Assembly: GCA_025558095.1 (NCBI GenBank)
Contig: JAIVFI010000037.1
Location: forward strand, 124,001 to 188,000
Length of the DNA stretch: 64,000 bases
Direction: 5' to 3'
Source of the DNA: Hyaloraphidium curvatum SAG 235-1
Taxonomy: Eukaryota > Fungi > Monoblepharomycota
Shown: in pieces, positions 33,901 through 43,695 of the stretch
Numbering within the stretch: the stretch's first letter is position 1
Layout: the number at the start of each line of letters is the position of its first letter
Translations under genes and position numbers: made by a program
Notes under the pieces: model-generated
What the model was told of the DNA's origin: nothing
The model's input: the letters and a program-made list of their open reading frames with translations, nothing else
Database searches by the model: none

Positions 33901-35221
33901 CGCGTGCTCGTCCGCCGCCGCCTCGAGGTGGTCCGCCGCCGCCGCGAAGTGGTCCGCCGCCGCTTTGTTGTCTGCCTCAAGACCTGCTTCGTCGTCCTCA
34001 ACACCTTCTTCGAAGTAGCTCTGGCGGTCGTGGGCACCGGAGCTGGCGGTCCCGTCGGAGACGTAGCCCCTGCATCGCACACCGCGGGCGGCGATCCGGA
34101 AAGAACGCCGACGGGTGCGAAAGCCGGCTGCGAGTTCCGCACGCAGTCGCCCGTGTACGTGATGAGCTCGCCCATGTCCACGACCTCAAAGTCCTGGGCG
34201 ACCAGCGCCGTCAGGCTCTGCTCGTTGACCCCGAGGGCGGCCCATTTCGCGGTCGTCAGGAGGTCGGATTGGCCCGTGAGGGCGATGGTCCCGCCGTCGG
34301 CCAGGAACATGCCGTACTTCTTGAGAGCCCGTGCAATGACCTGCGCCCCGGCAGAGAACCCCGAAATGTCGTAGTTGGCTTTGAGACGGAAGCGCACACC
34401 GTACGGCGGGGCCGTGGCCGGGCCGGAGGTGGGCGGCGTCGAGTGCGAGCCGGGGTTCACGTACAGACGCCGTGCTATGCGCGAGTTCGGGAGCGTGAAG
34501 CGAAGAGCATGGTTTATCGAGCCCTCCGAAGGTTGGGATGAGACACCGAATGCATGCGGACGGAGCACGACTCACAGCTGCAACTTCGTCCGCATTGAAC
34601 AGCATCGCGGTCATTGGGAACCCGCCGGCGTCGGCGCTCGTGCAGTCCGTTCCACGCAGATTCACCGGATATGCTGGTCATGCAGGTGTCAGTTGCGCGC
34701 TCGGCGGCGATACTGCAGCCAAACTTACTCGGAGCCCCAAGGTTCCAGACAGCCAAGCAGCCTCCAAGGAATTGACCCGAGCTAATCGTCGCCCTATACA
34801 CCTCGTAGAGGCGGCCTGCAGCCCGGTCCACAACCAGCAGGTGACAGTCGTCGCCATCATCGTACCCCGGGCAGGTGTAGGTGTTGGAGCCCTCCACGGC
34901 CCCGACAGCAGGCACCGGAATGGCGGCGCAGTCGCAATCGGGCGCCCAGAAGTCGTCGTTGACCTGGAACGACCGCTTCGTCGTGCCCGCCGGGGCCTCC
35001 ACGACATTCAAGCTGAAGTCCATTTGCACGTAGCCTTTGCCGAAGCCTCCGAGAGAGACCAGGGTGGAGATGATCTGGTCGGAGCTCGCCGACTTTGGCA
35101 GCGCGCTGACGTCCTTCGTCCAGGGCTGCGCGTTGGTGAAGACATCGTTCGTGGCGGCCAGAGCGTCGGGCGGGGCAGAGAGAGCAAAGAGGCAGAGCAC
35201 CGCCGCGAGGGCGCCGCACAT
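30959..35221 (-). CDS. Large secreted multidomain protein: bacterial-type DUF domain, Arg/Thr-rich linker, FN3-like and beta-rich domains (many introns)
   Basis: Signal peptide; DCHLLVVD..LYEVY, TSADAGGFP..DEV..GSINHALRFT, PPYGVRFRLK, ALKKYGMFLADGG; FN3-like PSNLAA..LEWD..LTPGVTYWAYVQA; ends RIYLK. Some internal exon boundaries are unresolved. Confidence 0.65.
33905..33965 (-). repeat. About 21-nt tandem repeat encoding (RRRRTTS)n
   Basis: gtccgccgccgc occurs three times at 21-nt spacing. Confidence 0.7.
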
Positions 35222-35879
35222 CGGGAGCGTTCGGCGGCGCGGAAGTCGGTCCCGGCAGGGGGAATGAAGCGACGGCCACTCGCGGAGCGGCGACGCTTGC
35301 GGATCCGCGCGCCGCCCGCCGTCGAGGGCGAAGGCACGGGGGCGGCCGCCGGAGGTCATCGCGCCGAACAGAGGGAGAGTCGGGGGTTTGCCGTCCGCGG
35401 CACCATTATCGAGTCAGAGCTGTGTGGGACGGTCGTGCCGCTGACGACCCCCCGACGCCGCTTGCCGCATGCCAGAAGGATCTTCCACCCGCCACCGCCC
35501 GTCCCCTGAGGATTATCCACGAACCAGGGGATTAGACAGCCAATTGTCGGAGCACTCATAGTGATGCCGAACGATCCATGGCCATCCCGCGCGATCGCTT
35601 TTGCGGGGGGATGCAGTTCTTGCGCGCCGGAAGGAATTGGCGCCGGTGCTTATACCGTCTTCGTGTTCCTCTGCCGCACGGATGACTACTAAAGACGATC
35701 TCGTCCTGGGCGATGCGTTGATGCTGGGCCATGTCCTCATGGTTTCGATCGACGGCGAGCTTGCACTGTCCCGAGGATTTGCAGCCCGGCCGGCCTGCCG
35801 ACGCTCGTCAAACAACTCCCTCTGCGGCCCGCTAAAGTCGCGCGCCGGCCATTTTTCCTTCCTCTCGCGCCGTTCCAAA

Positions 35880-37059
35880 ATGTCGAGCGCGAAGCGTACC
35901 CACATCCGGAAGGATGCCGAGGATGTCCCCGTGCCGCACTGGGTGTCTCCCGCGCTTCTCGCCTATCACGCGAACCCCGACATGGTCAATCGGCCGATCA
36001 AGCGCGTTCCGGCGCTTGACGACAGGGCCTCTTGGAACAAGATCTTCCGCTCGATCGACAGGTGGGAGATGTGCGGGGCCCGCTGGACATCGCTAAATCG
36101 GCACTCTCGAAGGATGAACGACGACCTCGGCCAGAAGACCGGGCAGATTGCCGCCTTCGAGCGCACCTACACGACCACGGGACCGTTCAAGATCGCTGGG
36201 GTCGACTGCTACCTGAGCGAGCCCAAGTCCGGCGTTCCGGCGGCGAACCAGGACAAGCTCTTCCTCCAGGTCCATGGCGGCGCGTACACGCTCTACACGG
36301 GGTCGCGCTGCGCTCGGAACGTGCAGCGGATTCCCGACATCTGCCAAGTCCGCGCGCTCTCGATCGATTATCGGTCAGCCCCCGACCACCCGGTCAGTAC
36401 TTGTCGAGCAGAATCCGAAGACATGCTGCTGACGCCCTGTTCAGTTCCCCGCTGCTCTCGACGACGTTGCGGCCGTCTACCTCGCCCTTCTTTCGACCCC
36501 GAACCTGATCCCAGGCCGCTCGGGCACCTACAAGCCGTCGCAAATCGGCATGTTTGGCGTCTCGGCCGGCGGCGGGCTCATCGCGGCGACCGTCCTCTAC
36601 CTCAAGGACAACAAGCACCCGCTCCCGGCCGCCGTCGCCCTCTTCACCCCCTGGGCCGAGCTGGACGAGATCGGCGACTCCCGCTTCACCAATAAGCACC
36701 TCGACCTCTCGCTCTTCGAGCATGCGGGCGGCGTGTTGGAGGCCTCTGCCAAGCTGTACGCCGGCAGCTACAGCCTCAAGCACCCGTACATCAGCCCCGT
36801 CTACGGCGACCCGCGGGGCTGGCCGCCCACTATCTTTGTCTCGGGCACCCGCGACCTCCTCCTCTCGGACTCTTGCCGTCTGCACCGCGCCCTCCGCAAC
36901 GCCGGCAACAGGGACACCGAGCTCCACGTGACTGAGGGCATCTACCATTCCGTGACGGGTTTGCCGGGGGTGCCGGAGTGCGAGAGCACGGACGGCGAGG
37001 TGGCAAGATGGTTTGCCAAGTACCTGGGGCTGCAGATCAAGGAGGCCTCGAAGCTGTGA
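35880..37059 (+). CDS. HSL/GDXG-family esterase (Abhydrolase_3)
   Basis: HGGAY, IDYRSAPDHP|FPAALDD, GVSAGG, SGTRDLLLSD, EGIYH; introns near 36065 and 36393-36444. Confidence 0.9.
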
Positions 37060-37094
37060 ATTGGAAGCTGTGAATTGTCGAAGCTGTGAATTGT
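37050..37094 (+). repeat. Short tandem triplication spanning the esterase stop codon
   Basis: gaagctgtgaattg x3. Confidence 0.8.
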
Positions 37095-37111
37095 GTCAAG
37101 AAGGGTGAAGA

Positions 37112-38445
37112 CTACACAATGACCCGACGCTCGCAAACCGTCTTGTGCAGACCCCAGTCCTCCCTCTGGCACTCGGCCGAGCAGTACCACCCGATCCCGC
37201 ACCGCGAGCACTTTTTCAGCTTCTCACCGTCGGTAGCCTTCTTCATGCAGCGGTCGCATATGCTCGGCGCCTCTTTCCCGGACGCCCGCAGCAGCTTCAT
37301 GTAGTCGCCAATGGTGTCCGGATCGTTGCTCTTCACTCGCCATAACATCTCTGTGTAGGGTTTCGGCAGCTGAGCTGGTTGGAATAGGCCGACGCAGACC
37401 GTCTCAAGCTGTTTGGCACGATCCCGAGCGACCTCCAAAAAAGCCTTGGCATGGATTGCGGCTTCAAGCAAGTCCACGAGAGTCCCCAACGTCTTTGTGA
37501 ATGAGTCTTCATCCGGAGACCGACGAAGTCCGGCCGCCACCACTTCGAGTAGATCACGGGGAGCCCCAGCCGCAGACGGTTAGGATTAGATACGTGCTCC
37601 ATCCACTTCTCGGGCCGCTCTGCGACGATGAACTCCACCAAATCCCTGAGTTGACACATATTGAGGATAGAAGTTGAGGGGATCGTTGGCCAGGAGGTCA
37701 ACCGCAGTCTCCGAGGCGACGAAATCCATTAAAATGGCCACCGCCGCATCGTGCAAGTCAGCGTCCTCAAGATACCGCTTGTGATTCGGCCGAGAGTCCC
37801 TAATTGGAATAAAAGAGGTTTCGATGCTTTGTAGCACCATGCGGAACAGGGGCCCAGAAAACAAGCGGACCACCCACTGCTTTTATCTTCGCCTACAGGA
37901 GCTTGTTCTTGGAGAGGCCGGCCAGCGCCCCCTTGCGACCGTTGCCCGATTCCTTCAGGCCGTAGAAGGAGCAGCTTCGGCTCCAGGTGCAGGAAAAGCA
38001 CTCTGCGGAGCACACCGTACACCGAGCTGAAGATGCGGCTGAGAAGCAGCGCGACAGCTCCGCGATCGCGGGATCCGAAGGCGGCCTCCGTGTCTTCGAG
38101 ACCCGGGTTTGCCGAGCACCATTCAGGCGTGCAGCGGGACAGCCTCGCGTCCTCCACGAGCGGATCCAGCAGATCCCAAGCGGCAACGTAGCGGTCCAGC
38201 GCCTGGTTGATCTCCGAGGGGACGGCGGAAGGGCGACGCAGGGCCGATTCCAGGGCCGCCAACGAGACGCCGACCTCTGCGACGCGCCGTGCAACCAGTA
38301 CATGGAAACGCTTGATGAAGAGCGCGTCCTCAGGGTGCACACCCGGGAAATCGTCCAGGGAACACAGATGGGCGAGCTCCGGCTCCCTCTGAAGCCGGCG
38401 GACTTCCCCAAACGTGCGGTTCGGAAGTGAGAAGAAAGACTCCAT
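37112..38445 (-). pseudogene. MYND zinc-finger pseudogene, paralog of 25771..27107
   Basis: Homologous blocks (LAALESALRRPS, FLHLEP, YLEDADLHDA, RLGLPVIYSK, CSRCGIGWYCSAECQREDW) are spread over four frame changes plus an in-frame TAG at 37893-37895. Confidence 0.8.
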
Positions 38446-39127
38446 GTACCGCCCAGGGTGGACCACAAGCGTGCAGTAGGCAGCCCGGTCGACGATCCGC
38501 TCCTCCGGCGCACGCTTGAGCTTCCAGGGCCCGAGCGACTGCGCCGTACGTGGGAAGATCCGGAACAACTGGAGCTCCCTTGCCCCGAACAACGGGAGGG
38601 AAAAGAATGTGATGCCGCTAAGCGCGTCGAGGTCGAGCTGTGGTCCATCGGATCTCTAGCGAGCTTTGCATAGGCTCTTTGCGAGCTCGCGGTCGCGCCC
38701 GGTCTGGTCCGATTCGCCCGACATCCCACGGGCGCGAGGGACGCGAGGGACGCGCGGCTCGACGGTAGCACGCGTCTCTTTCCGAAAAGGACCAAGATCC
38801 GGCACGCGACTACGCGCAGCCGTCCGGCCTTTTCCGGGGGTTCGCGAGGCTTTGGAAATGACCACGCAGCAGAGGCAGCCAATTCCGGTCGAAGAGCCAC
38901 CCAGCGTCTACATCACCGCCGATATCACAGATCCCTGTTAGACGCGACCGTGGCAAAACTGACCTTTATTCAGAATCGATTGGAAGCGACGGAGGCCGCC
39001 GTTCACAGGCCGGCATCCACATACCATCGTCCATTCCCGCCTGAGCTTGTGCACCCAACACTCGAGACGTCAACCATCGTGCAGAGTCAAAAACTCCATC
39101 ACCGACTGCGTCAATCTCCGCAGCGCA

Positions 39128-40612
39128 CTACGTCGGTGCGGGGCAGTACGTCTGCAAAGTCACGTACGCCCCGAACCCGCGCAGGATGCTCCAGCACCCA
39201 ACCACAAGGGTCAGCAGCGTCACCGCGATCGTCTTGGCCAGCCCGTAAGTGACCGGCAGACCCGCGAACCGGATCGTGTGGTGCTCCGCGGCTCCCGCGA
39301 GGGCCTGGAGCAGCGCGGCGCGGGCACGCAGGCGGTCCCGCACCGCGTCGCGCTGCGGCGTGGGAGGGAGGCCGGCGGATTCCGAGAGGAGGCCGACGAG
39401 GGAGAGGTGCGCCCCCCGGTACAGCTCACCGATGGCTTCCATCTGGCCGTTGAGGCTCGGGAGCTGGAACACGCCGAGCGCCACGAAGAGAGGGATGTAG
39501 AGAATGCAAGCTAGCACGTATCCCGGAATGCACGATCCTGTGGAGACTGAAATAACCAGTTGAACGACGGCCATTGGGAGGGGCCCGGCGATGATAACAG
39601 CAATAGTCGGGCCGACACCGTAGGCAGACCAGCGCAACGCGTAGCCGCGGTGCAAAACGGTGAAAAGCTCCCTGGCCGGCAACGTATCCGAGTCGAGGGA
39701 GCAGTCCGTCAGGGCCGAGGCAGCGCGGGAAAGGAAGGAAGAGAGGGAGAGGTACGTCGCACGTCGGAACACGCGCGTCCCGATGCGAACGAGTGGGTCG
39801 CTTGCGACGGAAAAGGTGAGAAAAAACGAAGGGAGAGACCACTGGAGGATCGCGAACAGCGAAAAGGCGCCTAGGAAGGCGCTCCACGCCTGCGGCCACA
39901 AGTACTCGCCAAGGTAGACGACCGCGGTCCAGCGGATGAGGAACATGAATAAGGCGGAAGGCACCTGCTGCCCGAGGCTTCGAACAAGGCGCTCCCAGGG
40001 GATCCAGCGCACGAGTGGGGTCGTACACTTGCGGCACGGGCAGAAAGGGTCGCCAGCGACGTGGGCAACGAGCATCGACATTCCTTCCACTTGGAGTTGC
40101 CACAGTCTTCCGAGCTGTTGCACGAAGGCAAGATGCAAATCGCACGGCCTCGGTGCACCTCTGGACGCCTTGTGCACGACCGCGCCGAAGATAACGGTTA
40201 AAGCGGAAACCGTAGCAAGGTTGACCGTGCCTGCAACGAGCTGCGTACGACCAAAGGTGCCCGTCGGATCCAGAAGAAACGGAATAGGCAAGATGCAGAC
40301 CACGCCCAAGGCGTGGACAACGCCCGGCACCCAGGTCAGGCCGTACGACATCCACGGCGAGAGCGTCCGAATGCCCCGCTCCTGGAACGCGAGCCAGCCT
40401 CCACCGCACTTCGCCGCGGCCGCGATCCATTCGTCGTAGGTGATGGGGTCTGCCGGCTCGGCGTGCTTGTCACCCGGGCCCTTGCCGTCCGCTGCGAGGG
40501 GCAGCCGGTCCGCGAACGGCGCGGCAGCGGTCGGGGGCGCGGTCGGGAAAATGGCGCGCCACTCGTGAACCGAAAAGTCCAGAAGGTCCGTCGGCGGCGC
40601 AGGAGGAGGCAT
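39128..40612 (-). CDS. Seven-TM membrane protein, gustatory receptor-like (7TMIC) candidate; paralog of 11335..12918
   Basis: Intronless; EWRAIFP, DPFCPCRKC, LNGQ, IRFAGLPVTYGLAKTIAVTLLTLVVG...YCP. Confidence 0.6.
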   Translation of the reverse strand: MPPPAPPTDLLDFSVHEWRAIFPTAPPTAAAPFADRLPLAADGKGPGDKHAEPADPITYDEWIAAAAKCGGGWLAFQERGIRTLSPWMSYGLTWVPGVVHALGVVCILPIPFLLDPTGTFGRTQLVAGTVNLATVSALTVIFGAVVHKASRGAPRPCDLHLAFVQQLGRLWQLQVEGMSMLVAHVAGDPFCPCRKCTTPLVRWIPWERLVRSLGQQVPSALFMFLIRWTAVVYLGEYLWPQAWSAFLGAFSLFAILQWSLPSFFLTFSVASDPLVRIGTRVFRRATYLSLSSFLSRAASALTDCSLDSDTLPARELFTVLHRGYALRWSAYGVGPTIAVIIAGPLPMAVVQLVISVSTGSCIPGYVLACILYIPLFVALGVFQLPSLNGQMEAIGELYRGAHLSLVGLLSESAGLPPTPQRDAVRDRLRARAALLQALAGAAEHHTIRFAGLPVTYGLAKTIAVTLLTLVVGCWSILRGFGAYVTLQTYCPAPT

Positions 40613-41006
40613 CGCGGACCAATGGCTGCGGAGAACCGGCGGGACCAGCTCGAGACAAGTAGTGGGATGGTTTACATCCCGATTAAACGCCAGGAACATG
40701 GCCGAAGCAACACCTGGACATGGTCACCAGCGCCCCAAGGCGTGTAGAAGAGCTCCCCATCCACAAAACCAGCAAGCTCAGCAGGTGCGTAGCCATGGCC
40801 GTTGGATTGGGCGGCAAGCGTGCAGGCCGCCAAATCCAGTTGCCAACAATAGCAACCATCACGCCACCAAGCATGTCTCGCCGCGTGCTCACCAGGAAGT
40901 GGAAGGAAGGAAAGCCTGCAAATGTGCAAATGATTCGTGCAGCAGCGTATCGCATGTACAGGTGCAGCGATCACCCTATCTTACACCCCGTCGCCCGGTA
41001 TCCCTG

Positions 41007-43488
41007 TCACGCTGTGTCCTTCCTCTGCAGCGTCGGCACCGTGACCGTCATCTCTGGAGGCACCAGCAGCCCCGGCGACTCGGGTCCCGCGGCGCCGACC
41101 ACCGACTCGGTGCCGCCGCTCTGCACCCGGTCCAGGTTCCCGCTCGGCGCCCTCTCGAGGTTCCCGCTCGGCGTCCTGTCCACGCCCGACATCGACGGCC
41201 TCCTCGGCGACCCGTACGTCACGCCAACCTCGATCCCGTTCACCCGGAGGATGCTCCCCCTCCTCCCCCTGAGGTCCCCGCTCGCGGCGCGCAGCACCTC
41301 GGCCCCGTTCTCGGCCGCGAACTGCTCCCCCGTGATCCCCATGGTGTCCGCGACCAGCTGCGCCTCCCTCGCGCGCATCAGATCCGCGTCCATGCTCCGC
41401 CGGTCGATCCGCTCCCGCTCCGTCAGCGGCGGCGGCGCGACCTTCTCCGTGCCGGTCGGAGACTTGGACACCCCCTCGGCCTCGGCCCGCAGCCGGGCCA
41501 GCGCGGCCTCGCCGGGGATCTGGAGGTGCAGGAAGCGGAAGGCGGCGTCGGTGGAGCGCACGATGAAATCGTGCATGCGCCGCTTGAACGTGCCCGGCGC
41601 GCCGATGTCCATCGAGCCCGCGACGTATTCGCCAAAGTCCTCCAGATGTTCGCGGCCGTAGACCGACCGCTCGAGCTCCTGCCGCACGTGGTACCGCTTG
41701 TAAGTGTAGTACGCCATCAGCCAGAGGTTGGCGATCAGCAGCAGTCCCATGAGGATGCCGCACAAAAGCCACAACCACGGGAAACTGCCCTGGGGAAGCT
41801 GCACGAGGATGGCGATGTTGAACAGGGCCCAGAAGGGCAGGACGGTGCGGCGGCAGAAAAAGTCGAGCTCGGTGGCGAGGATGTGGTTGCCCTCGCGCTT
41901 GACGAGGTGGTGGATGATGGCGACCTCGAGCAGCGAGAAGAAGGCCACGACGAAGGACACGAAGACGTACCTGGAGCGGGATCAGCGGTGAGCGTTCACA
42001 CAGTCGGCGGCAACCCACCAGTCGATCGTAGTCGCGTAGTTGACGAGCGGCAGCCCCGCAGTCACCGAGCTATAGAACGATACTACATCCCCCGCACATC
42101 AGCCTCACCACCAAGATACACCACACAGGAACCCACCGATGGTGAGCACGAGCGTGATGCTCAGACCAAGCCGCTCCGGCACGGCCTCGACGCTCAGCCA
42201 GTAGCTGACGGCGGTCAGCGCGACCAGGAGGAGGAGGGGGAGGAACGACTTGATGTAACTGCGCGGAAAGAGGAGTCAGGAGAGATCGGCGGCGCAATAA
42301 GCGCGAGACACGCACTAGCTGCCCGACTTGCGGCTGATGTACATCTGGAACTTGAGCAGGTCGTACGCCGGCTGCCCCTGCCGCGAGTAATACTTTTCCC
42401 TGCTCGCCTGGTAGGTCTGGTAGTCCCACGTGACCTGCGAGAAGGTCTCGGGGTTGATGGGCGGGTACACCGTCTCGGGCTGCCAGAACACGGCCATCTG
42501 GTTCTCGTTGTACGAGTACGAGGTGAGCTGCATCTCCAGGACCTGACGGTCGAAGGGGAATGCTCCGAGGTAGAAGGAGTTGGTGAGCTGCACGACAAAG
42601 TGCCGGGACCAGAAGACGTCCCCGGTGTAGGGGGTGAGCTTGATAACCTCGTCCAGCGTCACGGGGTCGACTTCGTTGGCAAAGTAGATGTCGGGCGTCC
42701 ATATGGCGCTGCATGGTGATGGTCAAACGCGTGCCGGCCGCAAGACGGGTCGGTACCCACTGAGTGGGGCCCCATCCGCCGCCGAGGGCGACAGATCCCA
42801 TGATGCGGTAGTCGGATCCGTTGGGCGAGGGAAAGTCATCCGGGGAGACGATGAGCCGGGGGTCGTTCCAGTACAGGCGGAGGAAGACGTCGATGGTGAA
42901 GGTCGAGGTCACGGGGTCCACGTCGTAGAGGTTGTTCACGCGGAACTGTTGCCGCCGGAACGGCCGGGAACGATGCGGAAAAATGCGCGGGGCAGGGCGA
43001 AGGGCGCGGAGGAGGCCGGTCAGCCGATCCGCGTTCGCAGGAAAAGCCGGTCGGCCTGGCGGAGCGCGCAGGGACGCACCTGAGCACGAACAGGGGTGGC
43101 ACCCTGGCCGAATCCGGGCCGAGTGCCTGCGAGGACGAGCAAAAGAAATGAGCCCCGAGGCCGGCCGGGGTCCGCCGGGCCACGCACCGGCGTCGTACGG
43201 GGTGTCTTCTCCGGCCACGGCACTTTGGAGCACCTTTGTGGCATTCTCGAACGCGAAACCCGGGTACAGCCGCGGCAGCAGGTGCCTGCGATCGAACTGG
43301 TGCAGCTGCGGGGCCACGGCGTGCGGCGACGGCTCGTCCCGCATGGGTGGCCGCGGACCGCCGTTGGCCCACGAGCCCCGGCGGCCCAGGAACCGTGGGC
43401 GGCCCGGAGCGGCGAGCGCCGTCGGCGCAAACAGTGCGAAGAGGAGGAGCGCGGTGCACGCGCGCACGGCGAGGTTCGGCGGCCGCAT
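41007..43488 (-). CDS. Pentameric ligand-gated ion channel subunit A (Cys-less Pro-loop type), 7 exons
   Basis: Signal peptide; YD..RP, VDPVTSTFTIDVFLRLYWNDPRL, IWTPDIYFAN, FPFDRQ, M1 YIKSFLPLLLLVALTAVSYWL, M2 PERLGLSITLVLTIVSF, LPLVNYATTIDWY, M4 LDFFCRRTVLP. Confidence 0.93.
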
Positions 43489-43695
43489 GGTCGGAGCCGT
43501 TGCTCGGGGAACGAGGTCGGTTTGTCGGTCGGCCCAGCCCCGCCCAGGGTCCGGCGGGGCGGGCCGCCTTTGCATCAAAACCCGCACCGCCGGGGGCACG
43601 CGGATCGGGGCTTACGCCGGCGCTTCCCGCCGGCCGCGGCCGCACGACGAGCCTGCGTTGAGCCGGACGCGGCCGAGGCGTCGTCGGGCCGCAGA
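43489..43695. promoter_or_regulatory. Putative bidirectional promoter between the two pLGIC genes
   Basis: 207 bp between divergent ATGs at 43488 (-) and 43696 (+). Confidence 0.5.
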
